Shown piece after piece: positions 36,445-49,213 of a stretch of DNA of 64,000 bases (its first letter is position 1; each line of letters begins with the position of its first letter). A model generated the notes under the pieces. It saw only the letters and a list, made by a program, of their open reading frames with translations. It was not told where the DNA came from and ran no database searches. A program made the translations under genes and the position numbers. Source of the DNA: Octopus sinensis (Eukaryota); contig NC_043019.1 in NCBI RefSeq assembly GCF_006345805.1, positions 14,011,360 through 14,075,359 on the forward strand, given 5' to 3'.

Positions 36445-38832
36445 GTAGGGCTTTGCTCATTTGAAAAAACAACATAGGAGTTCAATGGCTTTTTTTTTTT
36501 CTTTTTGTCATTTTGGTCATTGGACTGTGGCCATCATGGCTCAGTGGTTAAGGTGTTGTGTTCATAATCATGAGGTAGTGAGTTCGATTCTCAGACCGGG
36601 CTGTGTTATGTTCTTGAGCAAGACACTTTATTTCACGTTACTCCAGTTCACTCACCTGCAATGTCTCTGGTGCCAAACTGTATCAGCCATTACCTTCCTT
36701 CGATGGTGTGGAGAGGGGAGGGTTGGTATGCATGGCAACTGCTGGTCTTCCATAAAAAACCTTGCCTGGACTTGTACCTTGGAGGGGAACTTTTTAGGTG
36801 CAATCCCATGGTTATTCATGACTAAAGGGAGTCTTTATCCTTTTTCATTGGGGTTCCACCACACTGAAGGATTTAGTCAAACAGATCAACACCACTACAT
36901 ACTATTAAGTCATCTTGTACTTGTTCTGTTGAGCCCTTTCACTGAACTGCTAAGTTATGAGGATGTAAACAAACCAACACCAGTTGTCAAGCAATGGTGG
37001 AGGGACAAAGACCCCCACACACACTCATACACATATACATAAATATATATATACTTATATCATCATCATCATCATTTAACAACCATTTTCCATGCTGGCA
37101 TGGGTTGGACGGTTTGACTGAGGTCTGGAAAGCCAGTGATTGCACCGGGCTCCAATCTGATTTGGCAATGTTTCTAGAGCTGGATGCCCTTCCTAATGCC
37201 AACCACTCAAGAGGGTAGTGGGTGCTTTTTACGTTCCACTGCCACCGGAGCCAGTCTGGCAGGCCTGGCATTGATCATGTTCAGATAGTGTTTTTTACAT
37301 GCCACCGGTATGGGGGACTGAACCCAGAACCATGTGGTTGAGAAGCAATTCTCTTAACACACAACCATGCTTGCACCTATGAGCCTTACCTGTACCTATG
37401 AGCCACTCTTGCACCTGTTTGTAAGCATAAGTGTGAAAGAGGGAGAGAGATTTTTTACAAAATACATTGCTGTGTATTTTCAAGATTTAGTTCATGAGAG
37501 AACTCTACTTTGTGTAAAAGCAATCAAAGTTTGAGTGTGTATTATCTAAGGATAGAGACACAGAAAACCAAAACACAGATACTGATTAGATTAACTATAT
37601 ATTATTTTCCTAAACCCAAGCTTAGATTTCCTACTATACAAATTATTTATGAACCAGGGAAAGACAATATTTGTGTTTCTGTTTCACTCGTATACACCAG
37701 TTATTGCAAAATGAAAAGGAAACGAAGCAGAATGAATCGATAATATTGTCACACCAACTCAGCATTGCTATATACTTGTAAATTTTACACTGTGATCAAG
37801 AAATTGTAGATTTGGAATAATTTCTAATTCTTGTAGAAGATTGGGCATGGCTGTGTGGTTAGGGAGCTTGCTTCCTAGCTACATGGTTTCGGGTTCAGTC
37901 CCACTGCGTGGCACTTTGGGTAGGTGTCTTCCACTATAGCCCCGAGTCGACCGAAGCTTTGTGATTGAATTCGGTAGGCGGAAGTTACTGCCATGTGTGT
38001 ATGTGTTTCCTTATAGCTGCTCAGTGCCTCTTCGAGAGAGAGAGAGAGAGAGAGAGGGATATCAACAAGAGCACTCAGAGGATGCAAACCTCCGCCAAGG
38101 CAACGCTAATGTCCTATTAGTGATTAACCAGAGGTGATTTTTTTAAAAATGAGAATTATCTGAAATAAACTCGTCTGCTCTCACAAAGGAGAATACTGAA
38201 AATGAACCCGACCGCTTTCAGAAATGAAGTAAAACAAAGCAGGAAAAATAATCCAGAATCCTTGTCCGGTACCGGATCATTCCTAAAATCTAATCAGTTT
38301 ATGCCAGTCATGGGGCTAAACATCCCTGAAACAACGGCAGTAATTTTATTCGGCTGAATACACATCATTGATTGGTTGAAATTACCAAAATAGGACAGAC
38401 AACTTTAATGTGAAATTATTTCGTAAATATAAGTTTTTCTCAAAAATGCTAAGAGTAAAAGATATTTTATATGACACATTCTACCAGTGTCCGAAGTTTG
38501 AAAGTGTTTAGTTACAAAAAATTATTTTTTAAATCTGTTGGTCAAAAGGAAAAGAAGATCCATTGACTTTCTCCCTCCAAGGGGATTTTCAACTAAATAT
38601 TTACATATTATTATTCATTGAATGATATTATTCAAATAATGTTCTTTTCATTAAAAATTATTCCTTCTCCTTTTTTTCCCTCAATATTTTTTTTTTATTC
38701 ACATTTACATTAAGTTGTATACATCGCTTCAATGTTAATATGAATTTGCAAGCATAATAACACAGGAATTATCATAATTTGATATTTTTTCTTAATTCTT
38801 TTTTCGTTTTTTTTTTATGTTTTCCTTTCTAG

Positions 38833-38977
38833 AGAATGTTTTTAAACCTACCAGTGTTCTGCAGGGGAAATTCACCAAACTAAAATGTTGCAGCCAAAAA
38901 AATTGTCACAGATCAAAATACAAATGGTTAATGCCCGATGGGAAACTAATTGTTCCAAGCAATAGTTCTGAAAACAG
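38833..38977 (+). CDS. Ig-like domain, first half
   Basis: ttctAG|...|GTaggt, phase 1-2. NVFKPTSVLQGKFTKLKCCSQKNCHRSKYKWLMPDGKLIVPSNSSEN has the B-strand Cys and C-strand Trp. Confidence 0.85.
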
Positions 38978-39123
38978 GTAGGTGTATTTTGCCATGTGAT
39001 ATATTGAAATGAACAGATAGATACAGCTTTCTAGACATGTTTAATATAGATAATGTTCATGTGTGTGTGTGTCTGTATGTATATATATATATTTATATAT
39101 ACATATATACATATATATGCCAG

Positions 39124-39164
<41 letters not shown>

Positions 39165-39289
39165 GGTATGTAGAAAAATACAACATGGACAAGAACGTAT
39201 AACTCTTAGAAGACGATACAATAAACACGGACAGGACATTCGAAACCCTCAGTCTTCAGTCAAGAACCGGATCATCGTAGTAATTTCGG

Positions 39290-39714
39290 CTGAATCCGAA
39301 CGTGGCCAATGCCAGCGCCGCCTCGACTGGCTTCTGTGCCGGTGGCACATAAAAAGCACCATCTGAATGTGGCCGATGCCAGCGCCGCCTCGACTGGCAT
39401 GCTGGTGGCACATAAACAGCACCATCTGAACGTGGCCGATGCCAGCGCCGCCTTGACTGGCTTCCGTGCCGGTGGCACGTTAAAAGCACCAACCAATCGT
39501 GGCCGATACCAGACTCCCCTGGCACCTGTGCCAGTGGCACGTAAAAAGCACCCACTACACTCGCAAAATGGTTGGCGTTAGGAAGGGCATCCAGCTGTGG
39601 AAACACTGCCAGATCAGACTGGAGCCTGGTGCAGCCCCTGGCTTCCCAGACCCCGGTCGAACCGTCCAACCCGTGCTAGTGCGGAAAATGGACGTTAAAC
39701 GATGATGATGATGA

Positions 39715-39716
<2 letters not shown>
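39290..39716. mobile_element. (GAT/CAT)n-tailed short element with internal subrepeats of about 65 bp
   Basis: Shares GTTGGCGTTAGGAAGGGCATCCAG...GGACGTTAAACGATGATGATG with copies near 13700, 22870, 30700, 31670, 37060 and 40065. Confidence 0.6.
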
Positions 39717-39755
<39 letters not shown>

Positions 39756-39839
39756 TATACATATATATGCATATATACACATATATATACATATATACAT
39801 ATATATTTATATATCATATATATATATATATATATATAT

Positions 39840-39895
<56 letters not shown>

Positions 39896-40570
39896 TATAT
39901 ACACACATAGACTTGTATGTATGTGTGTGTGTTTGAATCTCTGTCAAACCATCCAATCCATGCCAGTATGGGAGCTGGACATTAAATGATGATGAAAATA
40001 CCACAGGAACTTAAGAGTTAATTATCTATGAGCGTAACCCTTATTTTATGGAATAAAACAAGTTTCATCATCATCATCATCATCATCATCATGGTTTAAC
40101 ATCCATTTTCCATGATGGTTGGACAGTTCAAACAGGAGCTGACCAGCCAGGGAGCTGTACCATGCATCAATTGTCTGTTCTGCCATGGTCTCTATGGCTG
40201 GATGCCCTTCCTAATGCCAACCACTTTACAGAGTGTACTGGAGGTCTTTTTATGTGGCACCAGCACCAGTGCTATATATGTGGCAGTGGCACAGGTGCTT
40301 TATATGTGGCACCAGCACAGCTATTTTCTATGTGGAACCATCTGGTGACCTTTTACCAGGAACTGGCATAGGTGTTTTTATGTGGCACCAGCACAGGTGT
40401 TTCACAGGTACTATTTACCTGGCAACAGTACAGGTGCATTTCACCTTGCACCAGCGAGGATGCTTTTTACCTGGCACCATCACAGTGCTTTTTACGTGAT
40501 GCTAGCACTGGTGCATAAAGCAATCCTTCTTCTATGAAGAAATTAATTTTGCTAATGTTTTGAATTCTAG

Positions 40571-40686
40571 ATTCTTTGCGGTCAATGAGTATCTAATTAT
40601 AGAAAAGACCCAGAAGAAAGACAAAGGAACTTATCGCTGTCTGAAGATCGATGGTAATTCTGCAAAAGGAATTGAACTGCCTTTAG
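40571..40686 (+). CDS. Ig-like domain, second half
   Basis: ttctAG|...|GTaagt, phase 2-1. RFFAVNEYLIIEKTQKKDKGTYRCLKIDGNSAKGIELPL has the D-x-G-x-Y-x-C motif. Confidence 0.9.
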
Positions 40687-40936
40687 GTAAGTAGATCTTT
40701 AACTGATGGATGAAATATCTTGTACAGATACTTTTACAAAAATCGATTTAACCATGGTGTAATTAAATTAATATTTATTAGCGACAAAAACATATTAATA
40801 CTGAGAGCTAATATTTATTCTTGCTTAAACGTGGATGTTCTTTTGGAACAAATTATACTGCGGTAGATTCCACGAGAGAAACTCTCATCTTCGCTTTTGG
40901 TGCAAAATGCACTTTTGTTTATGTCGCTAGAGGTGA

Positions 40937-41207
40937 GATAAATCCCACCAACTCCAGCGCCAAGACAACCAGATCCCATGATTTCAACCTTCCTTGGCCT
41001 TGTCAGTGATGGATGTTTATTTATGTAGATAAATCCCACCAACTCCAGCACCAAGACAACTAGATCCCATGATTTCAACCTTCCTTGGTCTTGTCAGTGG
41101 TGGATGTTTATTTATGTAGATAAATTCCACCAACTCCAGCACCAAGACAACCAGATCCCATGATTTCAACCTTCCTTGGTCTTGTCAGTGATGGATGCTT
41201 ATTTATG
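40937..41207. repeat. 91-bp minisatellite x3
   Basis: GATAAAT(C/T)CCAC...CCAGC(G/A)CCAAGACAAC recurs at 40937, 41028 and 41119. Confidence 0.9.
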
Positions 41208-41307
41208 TTTATTTATGTAAATGCAATTATATAATGGAATAAAGCTAATATTTTAATTTTTGTTTCTTTTTTCCAAATTTATTTTTTATTTTCTGCTTAC
41301 CATTCAG

Positions 41308-41439
41308 TTGTCCACACTTGTGCAAACAACCCCTGTCTAAACAAAGGCATCTGTAAAGACACCGTTTTTTCACCTCATCGACTCTATAAAACTGTGTGTA
41401 AATGTCCGTCTGGTTACCTTGGTAGCGTTTGTCAAATTG
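41308..41439 (+). CDS. EGF-like domain exon
   Basis: ttcAG|...|GTaagt, 132 bp, phase 1-1. VHTCANNPCLNKGICKDTVFSPHRLYKTVCKCPSGYLGSVCQI. Confidence 0.92.
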
Positions 41440-41709
41440 GTAAGTTAACCTGTTAATTTTCATCATTATTTGTCAAACATGTCATCCGAGACCTTGTTGT
41501 TGTGAAGTGGATATCTTAACCATTTGGTCCAATTCAATCAACAAACATGCTGAAGTGATTTGTCAACAAGACAAGCACTTTACTAGATTTTGTTTGTTTA
41601 TTTTTTATTTGTTCTTTTTACCCTCCCCTTTACACTTGGCCTAGTGGTTAGGGTATGCAGCTCATGATCATAACATTGTGGGTTCCATTCCCACATCAGG
41701 TGACATGTT

Positions 41710-42944
41710 TTTTTTTTTGGTGGTTGTGGCAATGGTGGTGGTGTCGGCGGCAGCAGTGGCAATATTGATGGTTGCAATGATGGTGTTGGTGGTGGTGGTT
41801 GTGGTGGTACTCATAGTGACACTGGCAGCAATGGTAGTGGTTGTGGTGATGGTGGTAGTTGTGTTTGTGGTGGTGGTGGTGGTGATGGTTGTGGTGGTGG
41901 TGGTGGTGGTGGTTAGGTGGTGGTTGTGGTGGTACACAGAGTGACAGTGGCAGCAATGGCAGTGGTTGTGGTGATGGTGGTAGTTGTGTTTGTGGTGGTG
42001 GTGATGGTAGTTGTGGTTGTGGTGGTGGTGGTTGTGGTGGTACACATAGTGACGGTGGCAGCAATGGTAGTGGTTGTGGTGATGGTGGTAGTTGTGTTTG
42101 TGGTGGTGGTGGTTGTGGTGGTACACATAGTGACGGTGGCAGCAATGTAGTGGTTGTGGTGACGGTGTATGTGGTTGTGGTGTTGTGGTAGTTGTGGTTG
42201 TGGTGTGGTGGTGTTGTGGTGGTACACATAGTGACGGTGGCAGCAATGGTAGTGGTTGTGGTGATGGTGGTAGTTGTGTTTGTGGTGGTGGTGATGGTAG
42301 TTGTGGTTGTGGTGGTGGTGGTGGTTGTGGTGATACACATAGTGACGGTGGCAGCAATGGTAGTGGTTGTGGTGATGGTGGTAGTTGTGTTTGTGGTGGT
42401 GGTGGTTGTGGTGGTACACATAGTGACGGTGGCAGCAATGGTAGTGGTTGTGGTGATGGTGGTAGTTGTGTTTGTGGTGGTGGTGATGGTAGTTGTGGTT
42501 GTGGTGGTGGTGGTGGTGGTGGTACACATAGTGACGGTGGCAGCAATGGTAGTGTTGTGGTGACGGTGGTATTGTGTTTGTGTGGTGGTGATGTAGTTGT
42601 GGTTGTGGTGGTGGTGGTGGTTGTGGTGATACACATAGTGACGGTGGCAGCAATGGTAGTGGTTGTGGTGATGGTGGTAGTTGTGTTTGTGGTGGTGGTG
42701 GTTGTGGTGGTACACATAGTGACGGTGGCAGCAATGGTAGTGGTTGTGGTGACGGTGGTAGTTGTGTTTGTGGTGGTGGTGATGTTGTGTTGTGGTGGTG
42801 GTGGTGGTGGTGTGGTGGTGGTGGTGGTTGTGGTGCTACACATAGTGACGGTGGCAGCAATGGTAGTAGTTGTGGTAGTTGTGGTTGTGGTGGTGGTGGT
42901 GATGGTTGTGGTAGTTGTGGTGGTGGTGATGGTAGTGGTGGTGT
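41710..42944. repeat. (GTG/GTT)-rich compound minisatellite with a recurring CACATAGTGACGGTGGCAGCAATGGTAG unit
   Basis: Direct inspection. It lies in the intron between the EGF and TM exons. Confidence 0.9.
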
Positions 42945-42991
42945 TATATTTTAAAGTAAAATAACCTTTATCTTCCCACGTTTCCTTTCAG

Positions 42992-43097
42992 ATAAAACAT
43001 CGCCTTTCTCAAGTAAACTTGCGATAATTTTGGCAGTAATATTGATCATCCTGTTTTGTATTCTCCTTGTGGTATTACTGGTATATTTCTGTTATCG
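42992..43097 (+). CDS. transmembrane-helix exon
   Basis: tttcAG|...|GTaagt, phase 1-2. DKTSPFSSKLAIILAVILIILFCILLVVLLVYFCYR. Confidence 0.9.
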
Positions 43098-43279
43098 GTA
43101 AGTCTACAGCTATTGCAATTCAAACTCAAATTATTACACCCAATGACCTACCCCTTAATCCCCTCACTACACACACTTTCTATTTCTATCCTGGATGACT
43201 CTCTCCCCACAAAACACCACCCCATACATTGAGGGTATGCCCTGACACATTTCCTCTACTTCTTATTCTCTCTCTCTCA

Positions 43280-43323
<44 letters not shown>

Positions 43324-43422
43324 CCACCTATCTATCTTTCTATCTCCATCTGTTCATCTCTCTCTATCTGTCCCTCTTTCTTTACCTCTCTCCCTATCTA
43401 TCCCTCTCTCTAGTTATCTCTC

Positions 43423-43479
<57 letters not shown>

Positions 43480-43945
43480 CAGTCCATCTCTCTCTCCTCT
43501 TTATATCTCCTCCCTCTCTCTCTCTTTCTCTTCTGACTAGGCTAGCCATGTATCCCCTCTACAGCTTGACCCCTGTTTCCACCCTTCTTATTTCTTTATT
43601 GCCCACAAGGGGCTAAACATAGAGGGACAAAGAAGGACAAAGGGATTATATATATATATTTGAAAAAAACCTTTCAATAATACAGACGAAAAGTTAAGCA
43701 GAATATGTAAGTTGATGTCAATGAATAAAAACAAGGAGAAAAGTATTACCTGACAGAACATATTTAATGATTCTATAAAATTTTGGAAAAGATTCCCCAT
43801 TTCAAATAGACAGGAAAAAGGGTTTGGAGAAATGTGTTGCTATTGGCAGGCAGGCCATTTTTGTGTGTTGTAACTTTTTAAAATTTACTTCATTTTATGT
43901 ATTTATTTACTGTATATATTTATTTATTTATTTATTTATTTTCAG

Positions 43946-44192
43946 AAGGGGAAAATTGAAGAGATGTTTTGATAGCAAAATGAATGTCTTACTCGAATTT
44001 AACCACGACAGCACTTTCAACCCAAGTGATGATAAATCTAGGTGCCCAGGTCACAAGGGACTGAACAATACAGAGTTTTACTCATCTGAAAAATTTTACC
44101 CTGAAAGTATAATTCGTACCACAACCATAGACGCTATGTCAGAGGGAAAGGAGTGGCCATCAGGGGAGAACCCTACACCGACCCCGTCTTAG
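43946..44192 (+). CDS. last coding exon, cytoplasmic tail
   Basis: ttttcAG|A phase 2. RRGKLKRCFDSK...GENPTPTPS* with a basic stop-transfer patch right after the TM. AATAAA at about 44598. Confidence 0.85.
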
Positions 44193-45123
44193 AAAGCAAC
44201 AATACTTTTTACTTCTCCTGCTTACTAAGAAATATTCACTTATGCTAGGTACTCCTCCTCTTCTGAAAATTAACCATAAAAATCACTCGTTTTGCATGGT
44301 TTGTATGCTTCTCTATTTGATCTTATTTAATTCATGTGGGGTTTTTTAAACTTGCCACATGAATCTTTGATGTTAGCTTACATCGCTTGAAAGAAGCCTC
44401 TTAAACCTTTATAACATGTGGGAAACTGCACGACCAGATGAGAAGGACCACATGGTCTCCAGGAAAAATATATTTGAAACTAGGAAAACAAAAATACCCC
44501 AATTTTTAACAAAGATTATATTTTGGTTCCGACTGGCAATTAATGATTGGTCTACATTAACAGCTGTGAGACAAATTAATTTGTGAAATATTGTCATCAA
44601 TAAAAGCAAAAAAAAAAAAAAGGAAAAAGATTAAAGAGAAAAATAGCAATTAAGCAATAACAAATACGCTGCAATATATTGATCTAAGTACAGAAGAAAG
44701 TCAATCAATCAATCAATCAATGAATCAATCGATCGATCGATCAATCTGATCGATGAAATTCCACTCTTGTCTCTGATAATCCGTGATAAACCAATAATCA
44801 TCAGAAAACGACATCGGGGAAGACGTAGAGCTGGAATAATAAATTAATGACTGAAAGACGGTTTTGTTAATTAAAAAAAATTCTTTAAGGAGAAATTCTT
44901 TTTAAAGGCAATCAAAACCAAACAGACAAACAAATAAATTAAACAAACAAAAAACAAAGGAAAAGAAAATAACCCAAAACAAACAAACGAACGACCGTTC
45001 TTGAAATTCCTTTCCAGGTTCATCAATAGAGATTCATTATATAATAAAACTGACTGATAATATTTTTCAGTTGTTTTTGTTTTGTTTTTATTTTGTTTTT
45101 TTTTGTTTTTGTTTTTTGTTTTG

Positions 45124-45154
<31 letters not shown>

Positions 45155-46353
45155 GTTTACATAGAATCAGAAACAGCAGCCAAATCTCCATCACATCACA
45201 CCCTACTACTCTTTTCACTCTTTTACTTGTTTCAGTCATTTGACTGTGGCCATGCTGGAGCACCGCCTTTTTTAGTCGAGCAAATCGACCCCGGGACTTA
45301 TTCTTTGTAAGCCTAGTTACTTATTCTATCGGTCTCTTAGGCCGAACTGCTAAGTTACGGGGACGTAAACACACCAGCATCGGTTCTCAAGTGATGTTGG
45401 GGGGGACAAACACTGACACACAAATACACACACATATATATATATACTTATATACAATGGGCTTCTTTCAGTTTCCGTCTACCAAATCCACTCACAAGGC
45501 TTTGGTCGGCCCGAGGCTATAGTAGTAGAAGACACTTGCCCAAGGTGCCACGTAGTGGGTCTGAACCTGGAACCATGTGATTGGTAAGCATGCTACTTAC
45601 CACAGCCACTCCTGCACCTATATATGTATGCGGTTTGTGACTTTGTGTGTCTGTCTGTCCACAACCATTGTTTGGCAACTGGTGTTGGTGTATTTACATC
45701 CGCATAACTTAGCAGTTCGGCAAAAGAGACCAATAGAATAGGTACCAGGCTTTACAAAGAAATAATACGTACTGGTGCTGGGGTCATGTAAAAAGCACCC
45801 ATGCCAGTGTCACATAAGAGTGCCCATGCTGGTGCTGCATAAAAGCACCCGGTGCACTCTGTCAAATGGTTAGCATACAGCGGGGCATCTAGCCACAGAA
45901 GCCATGCCATAACAGACATGAAGCCCTGGCAGCCCTTCAGCTAGCCAGCTCCTGTGAAACCTTCGAACCTACACTAGCATGGAAGACAAACACTAAATGA
46001 TGATAATTATGATGATGATGATAGAGGTTGATTAGTTCCACTAAAATTTCTTCAAGGGCATGCCCCAGCATGGCCACAGTCTAATGACTGAAATAAGTAA
46101 GATAAAGAATTAAAGAAACAAACAACTCTTTGACATTTAAATATTTATTTTATTCAGTTTTACTCTGGTAATATGAAGGTGCCTGGTTTTAATTATTGAT
46201 CCCTAATGTATGATTTTATTCCCTGATGCTAAAAAATGAGCCAAAGCAAGGATTTTTCGGTCTGTGATTCAAAGAACTGTTCTTTTAATTATAAGGGTTA
46301 CTTACATCTTAATACTGGCACCAATGCAACATATTTCATACCGTCATGAAAAT

Positions 46354-46700
46354 TCATTTTTTAAACCATTCAGGGGCATGATCAGTGAAGTTGTGGAGTT
46401 CATCTTTGCCAGATACTAACACAGTGGCCGGGAACGTCCGGGGTCTGTTTGGATCGTTAATCGAATAAGCATCCGTAGCTACGTATCGAATGACATAACC
46501 ACACCGACGGCGATCTGAGAGATTTGGTTCACTGCCGTGCACCGTTAGGCCGTGATGCAATGACATCTCTCCTGCATTCAGCGGACATGGCACAGCCTTC
46601 TCCACATTGAACAGGCTGAGGGGTATCTCTTGATTAGAGGTCAATAAATTTCCTTTTTCCTTGGCCTCTATGTGCTCGAAAATTCCAAATTTATGAGAAC
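46354..46700 (-). CDS. PhyH-family Fe(II)/2OG dioxygenase, coding exon 4
   Basis: ttgtgcAG acceptor, phase 1. GSHKFGIFEH...PCPLNAGEMSLHHGLTVHGSEPNLSDRRRCGYVIRY...PEWFKK* contains the distal His and the 2OG-binding Arg. Confidence 0.92.
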
Positions 46701-47704
46701 CTGCACAAACGAAAAGAAAAATGAAAAAAATTTTTATTTATTCTTTCTTTTATTCTTTTACTTGTTTCAGTCATTTGACTGCGGCCATGCTGGAGCACCG
46801 CCTTTAGTCGAGCAACTCGACCCCGGGACTTATTCTTTGTAAGCCCAGTACTTATTCTATCGGTCTCTTTTGCCGAACCGCTAAGTAACGGGGACATAAG
46901 CACACCAGCATCGGTTGTCAAGCAATGCTAGGGGGACAAACACAGACATACAAACACACACATGCACATATATATATATATACATATATACGACGGGCTT
47001 CTTTCAGTTTCCGTCTACCAAATCCACTCATAAGGCATTTTATTTTTATTTTCATTTCTTTTTTTTAATCTTTTACTTCTTTCAGTCATTGAATTGCGAC
47101 CATACTGGGGCACCACCTTGAAGGGTCTTAGTCAAGCAGACCAATTTTTTTAAAACTCTTGTACTTATTCTGTTGGTTTCTTTTGCCAAACTGCTAAGTT
47201 ACAGGATGTAAAAGAAAAAAAAAAAGTCAAGCAATGCGGGTATAAGCACACACACACACACACACACAGAGGAAAGATTAAAAAGTGCACAGGGAGCGAG
47301 ATCAAACGAATTTCTTCTTTGCAACATGGGTTGAGGGGAGGGGTTAATCCTGCTGCATGACACCTTGGGCAAGAATTTTCTACTATGGCCCTAGGCCAGG
47401 CCAGACAAAGCCCCGTGGGTGAATTTGGCAGACAAGAGCTATGCAAACAAAGCTCAGCGTATATATATGCATGTTTGTTTGCTTGTTGTAAACGAGTGTC
47501 ACTGTTATACAAGCGGTGTTGTTCATTTCTAATATTCTGCAAAAATGTGTTTGGCCATGGCGAAACATTACCATGCTTAGAAACAAGGTAAGTGATGGCA
47601 ACTGGAAGGGCTAACTGCCATGTGTGTGTGTGTGTGTGTGTGTGCAATGAATTGTAAAGCACGTGACTTGACAGTTCATGAATCTATGCTTTGAATGTAA
47701 TCTC

Positions 47705-48092
47705 TCTATATATATAGCTGAAGTTGTCTATGTATGGCAGGTTTGGTAGCCTTCAACTAACATTATCTCTTCCGAGACCCTGTGGCACAAGTTGACCAAA
47801 ATTGAGAGTATGATAGAAGAAGGCTTGCTCTTCATTATATAGAAGAAAAAATTAAAATCGGACCATGTTAACACCAAAAATTAATTACATCAAAAAGGTG
47901 GTTTTTTTCTATGAAAATCACTATTTTTTACGATTTTTTGACTGCTGTGTCACCATTTTTCGGTGTATTTCAACCAGAAAAATGTTCACTTAAAGAGAAT
48001 AACAAGCTAAATAATGTAAAATTTTTACTTTTCAAAAATTCCAATTCTAAAGGGTCGAAACAAACCCGATCAATGCCAGGCGACACTGCTAG
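47705..48092 (+). mobile_element. non-autonomous Helitron-type element
   Basis: Homologous to 8914-9290. Ends CCCGATCAATGCCAGG-cgacactg-CTAG|T. Confidence 0.65.
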
Positions 48093-49124
48093 TAGTCTGA
48101 TAAAAATCTCAGCAGCAGAAGTCTGCCTGTTGCTAATTCCATTTTTTTTTTTTTTTTTGCCAAATAATAACATTTAGTAATAAAATGACTGAAAGTGATA
48201 CAGTAGTTTTTACTAAGCCATTGTGCTGACTATGAAACACTTACGTAACTAAATCGACCAGATCCAGTTCGGTGATGTCATTGAGTGCATTCATGCATTA
48301 TCAGTCGTTCACTTGAACAAGCTGTCTTCTGCTCTGCTCACAGGGTCGACTGGTACTTTGTGGGTGAAATTTTATAAATGGAAACTGTACCAAAGCTACA
48401 CACACACACACACACACAAATATATTTTACGTGTTACAGATCCATCTCAGGTGATCTTACCAATGTGAGTTCCACATTGGGTATTGGTCGGTAATACTGT
48501 ATTCTTAGATTAACTATATTCCTCTTTCGCTTGTTTCAGCCATTTCACTGTGCCCATGCTGGAGCACTGCCTTAAAGTGTTTCAGCCACAGAAATCAACC
48601 CCAGGACTTATTCTTTGTACGCTTAGCCTCCATGGCTTACCAGACCCCGGTCGAACTGTCCAACCCATCCTAACATGGAAAACGGACGTTAAATGATGAT
48701 GATGATGTGTATTGTAGGAGTGTAATCATTTTATTGGAGATAAATTTTAGCAACAAAATTTTATATGGACCCCGGTTGAGAATCTTTGTTCTAAGATGAA
48801 AACCTGATTTAGCAATCCAATAAAATAAGTACCAAACTGTAGCAAGTATGGCATGTGTGTAGAGGAGGGGGGGTCAGTATGATCGTCCAAAATCCTCTCT
48901 TGAAGGCAGAACATCCAAAATGGTTGAAATCCAAGGAGGAAAACATCTAAAAGAATTACATTGAGTAGAAAGGTCGAAGAATTCTATAATTCCTTTCAAT
49001 AATTCAGAAAAAGAAAAGACACGGAAAGAAATGTCTGCAGGAATATCTCAAAATTCTAGACTTCTTATTCTACTTGTCAAAGACATCATGTTGGATTAAG
49101 AATTAAATTGAACTGTCTACGTAC

Positions 49125-49213
49125 CTGGAATGACTTGCATGCAACCGTTATCGATGTCAGCTTTATCAACAGCAAGCCATACAGTTACTACCATTCCTTC
49201 AACTCCCCAATAC
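49125..49213 (-). CDS. PhyH-family dioxygenase, coding exon 3
   Basis: ttttgacAG|...|GTacgt, 89 bp, phase 2-1. YWGVEGMVVTVWLAVDKADIDNGCMQVIP. Too short for the ORF track. Confidence 0.92.

Noticed and set aside
39228-39265. Minus-strand CUGAAGA...UCGAAUGUC
   Set aside because: No stem II or stem I pairing, and the GAAA is incomplete.
41668-42964. Long Thr/His/Pro- or Val/Gly-rich ORFs suggesting a mucin stalk exon
   Set aside because: The Thr-rich frame is antisense to the gene, the region is a GTG minisatellite, and the EGF (phase 1) and TM exons join cleanly without it.
38833-43097. Neuregulin/Vein-like EGFR ligand (Ig-EGF-TM)
   Set aside because: The EGF spacing is C-x4-C-x5-C-x14-C-x-C-x8-C (NPCLN type), and it lacks the conserved Arg before the last Cys that EGFR ligands have.
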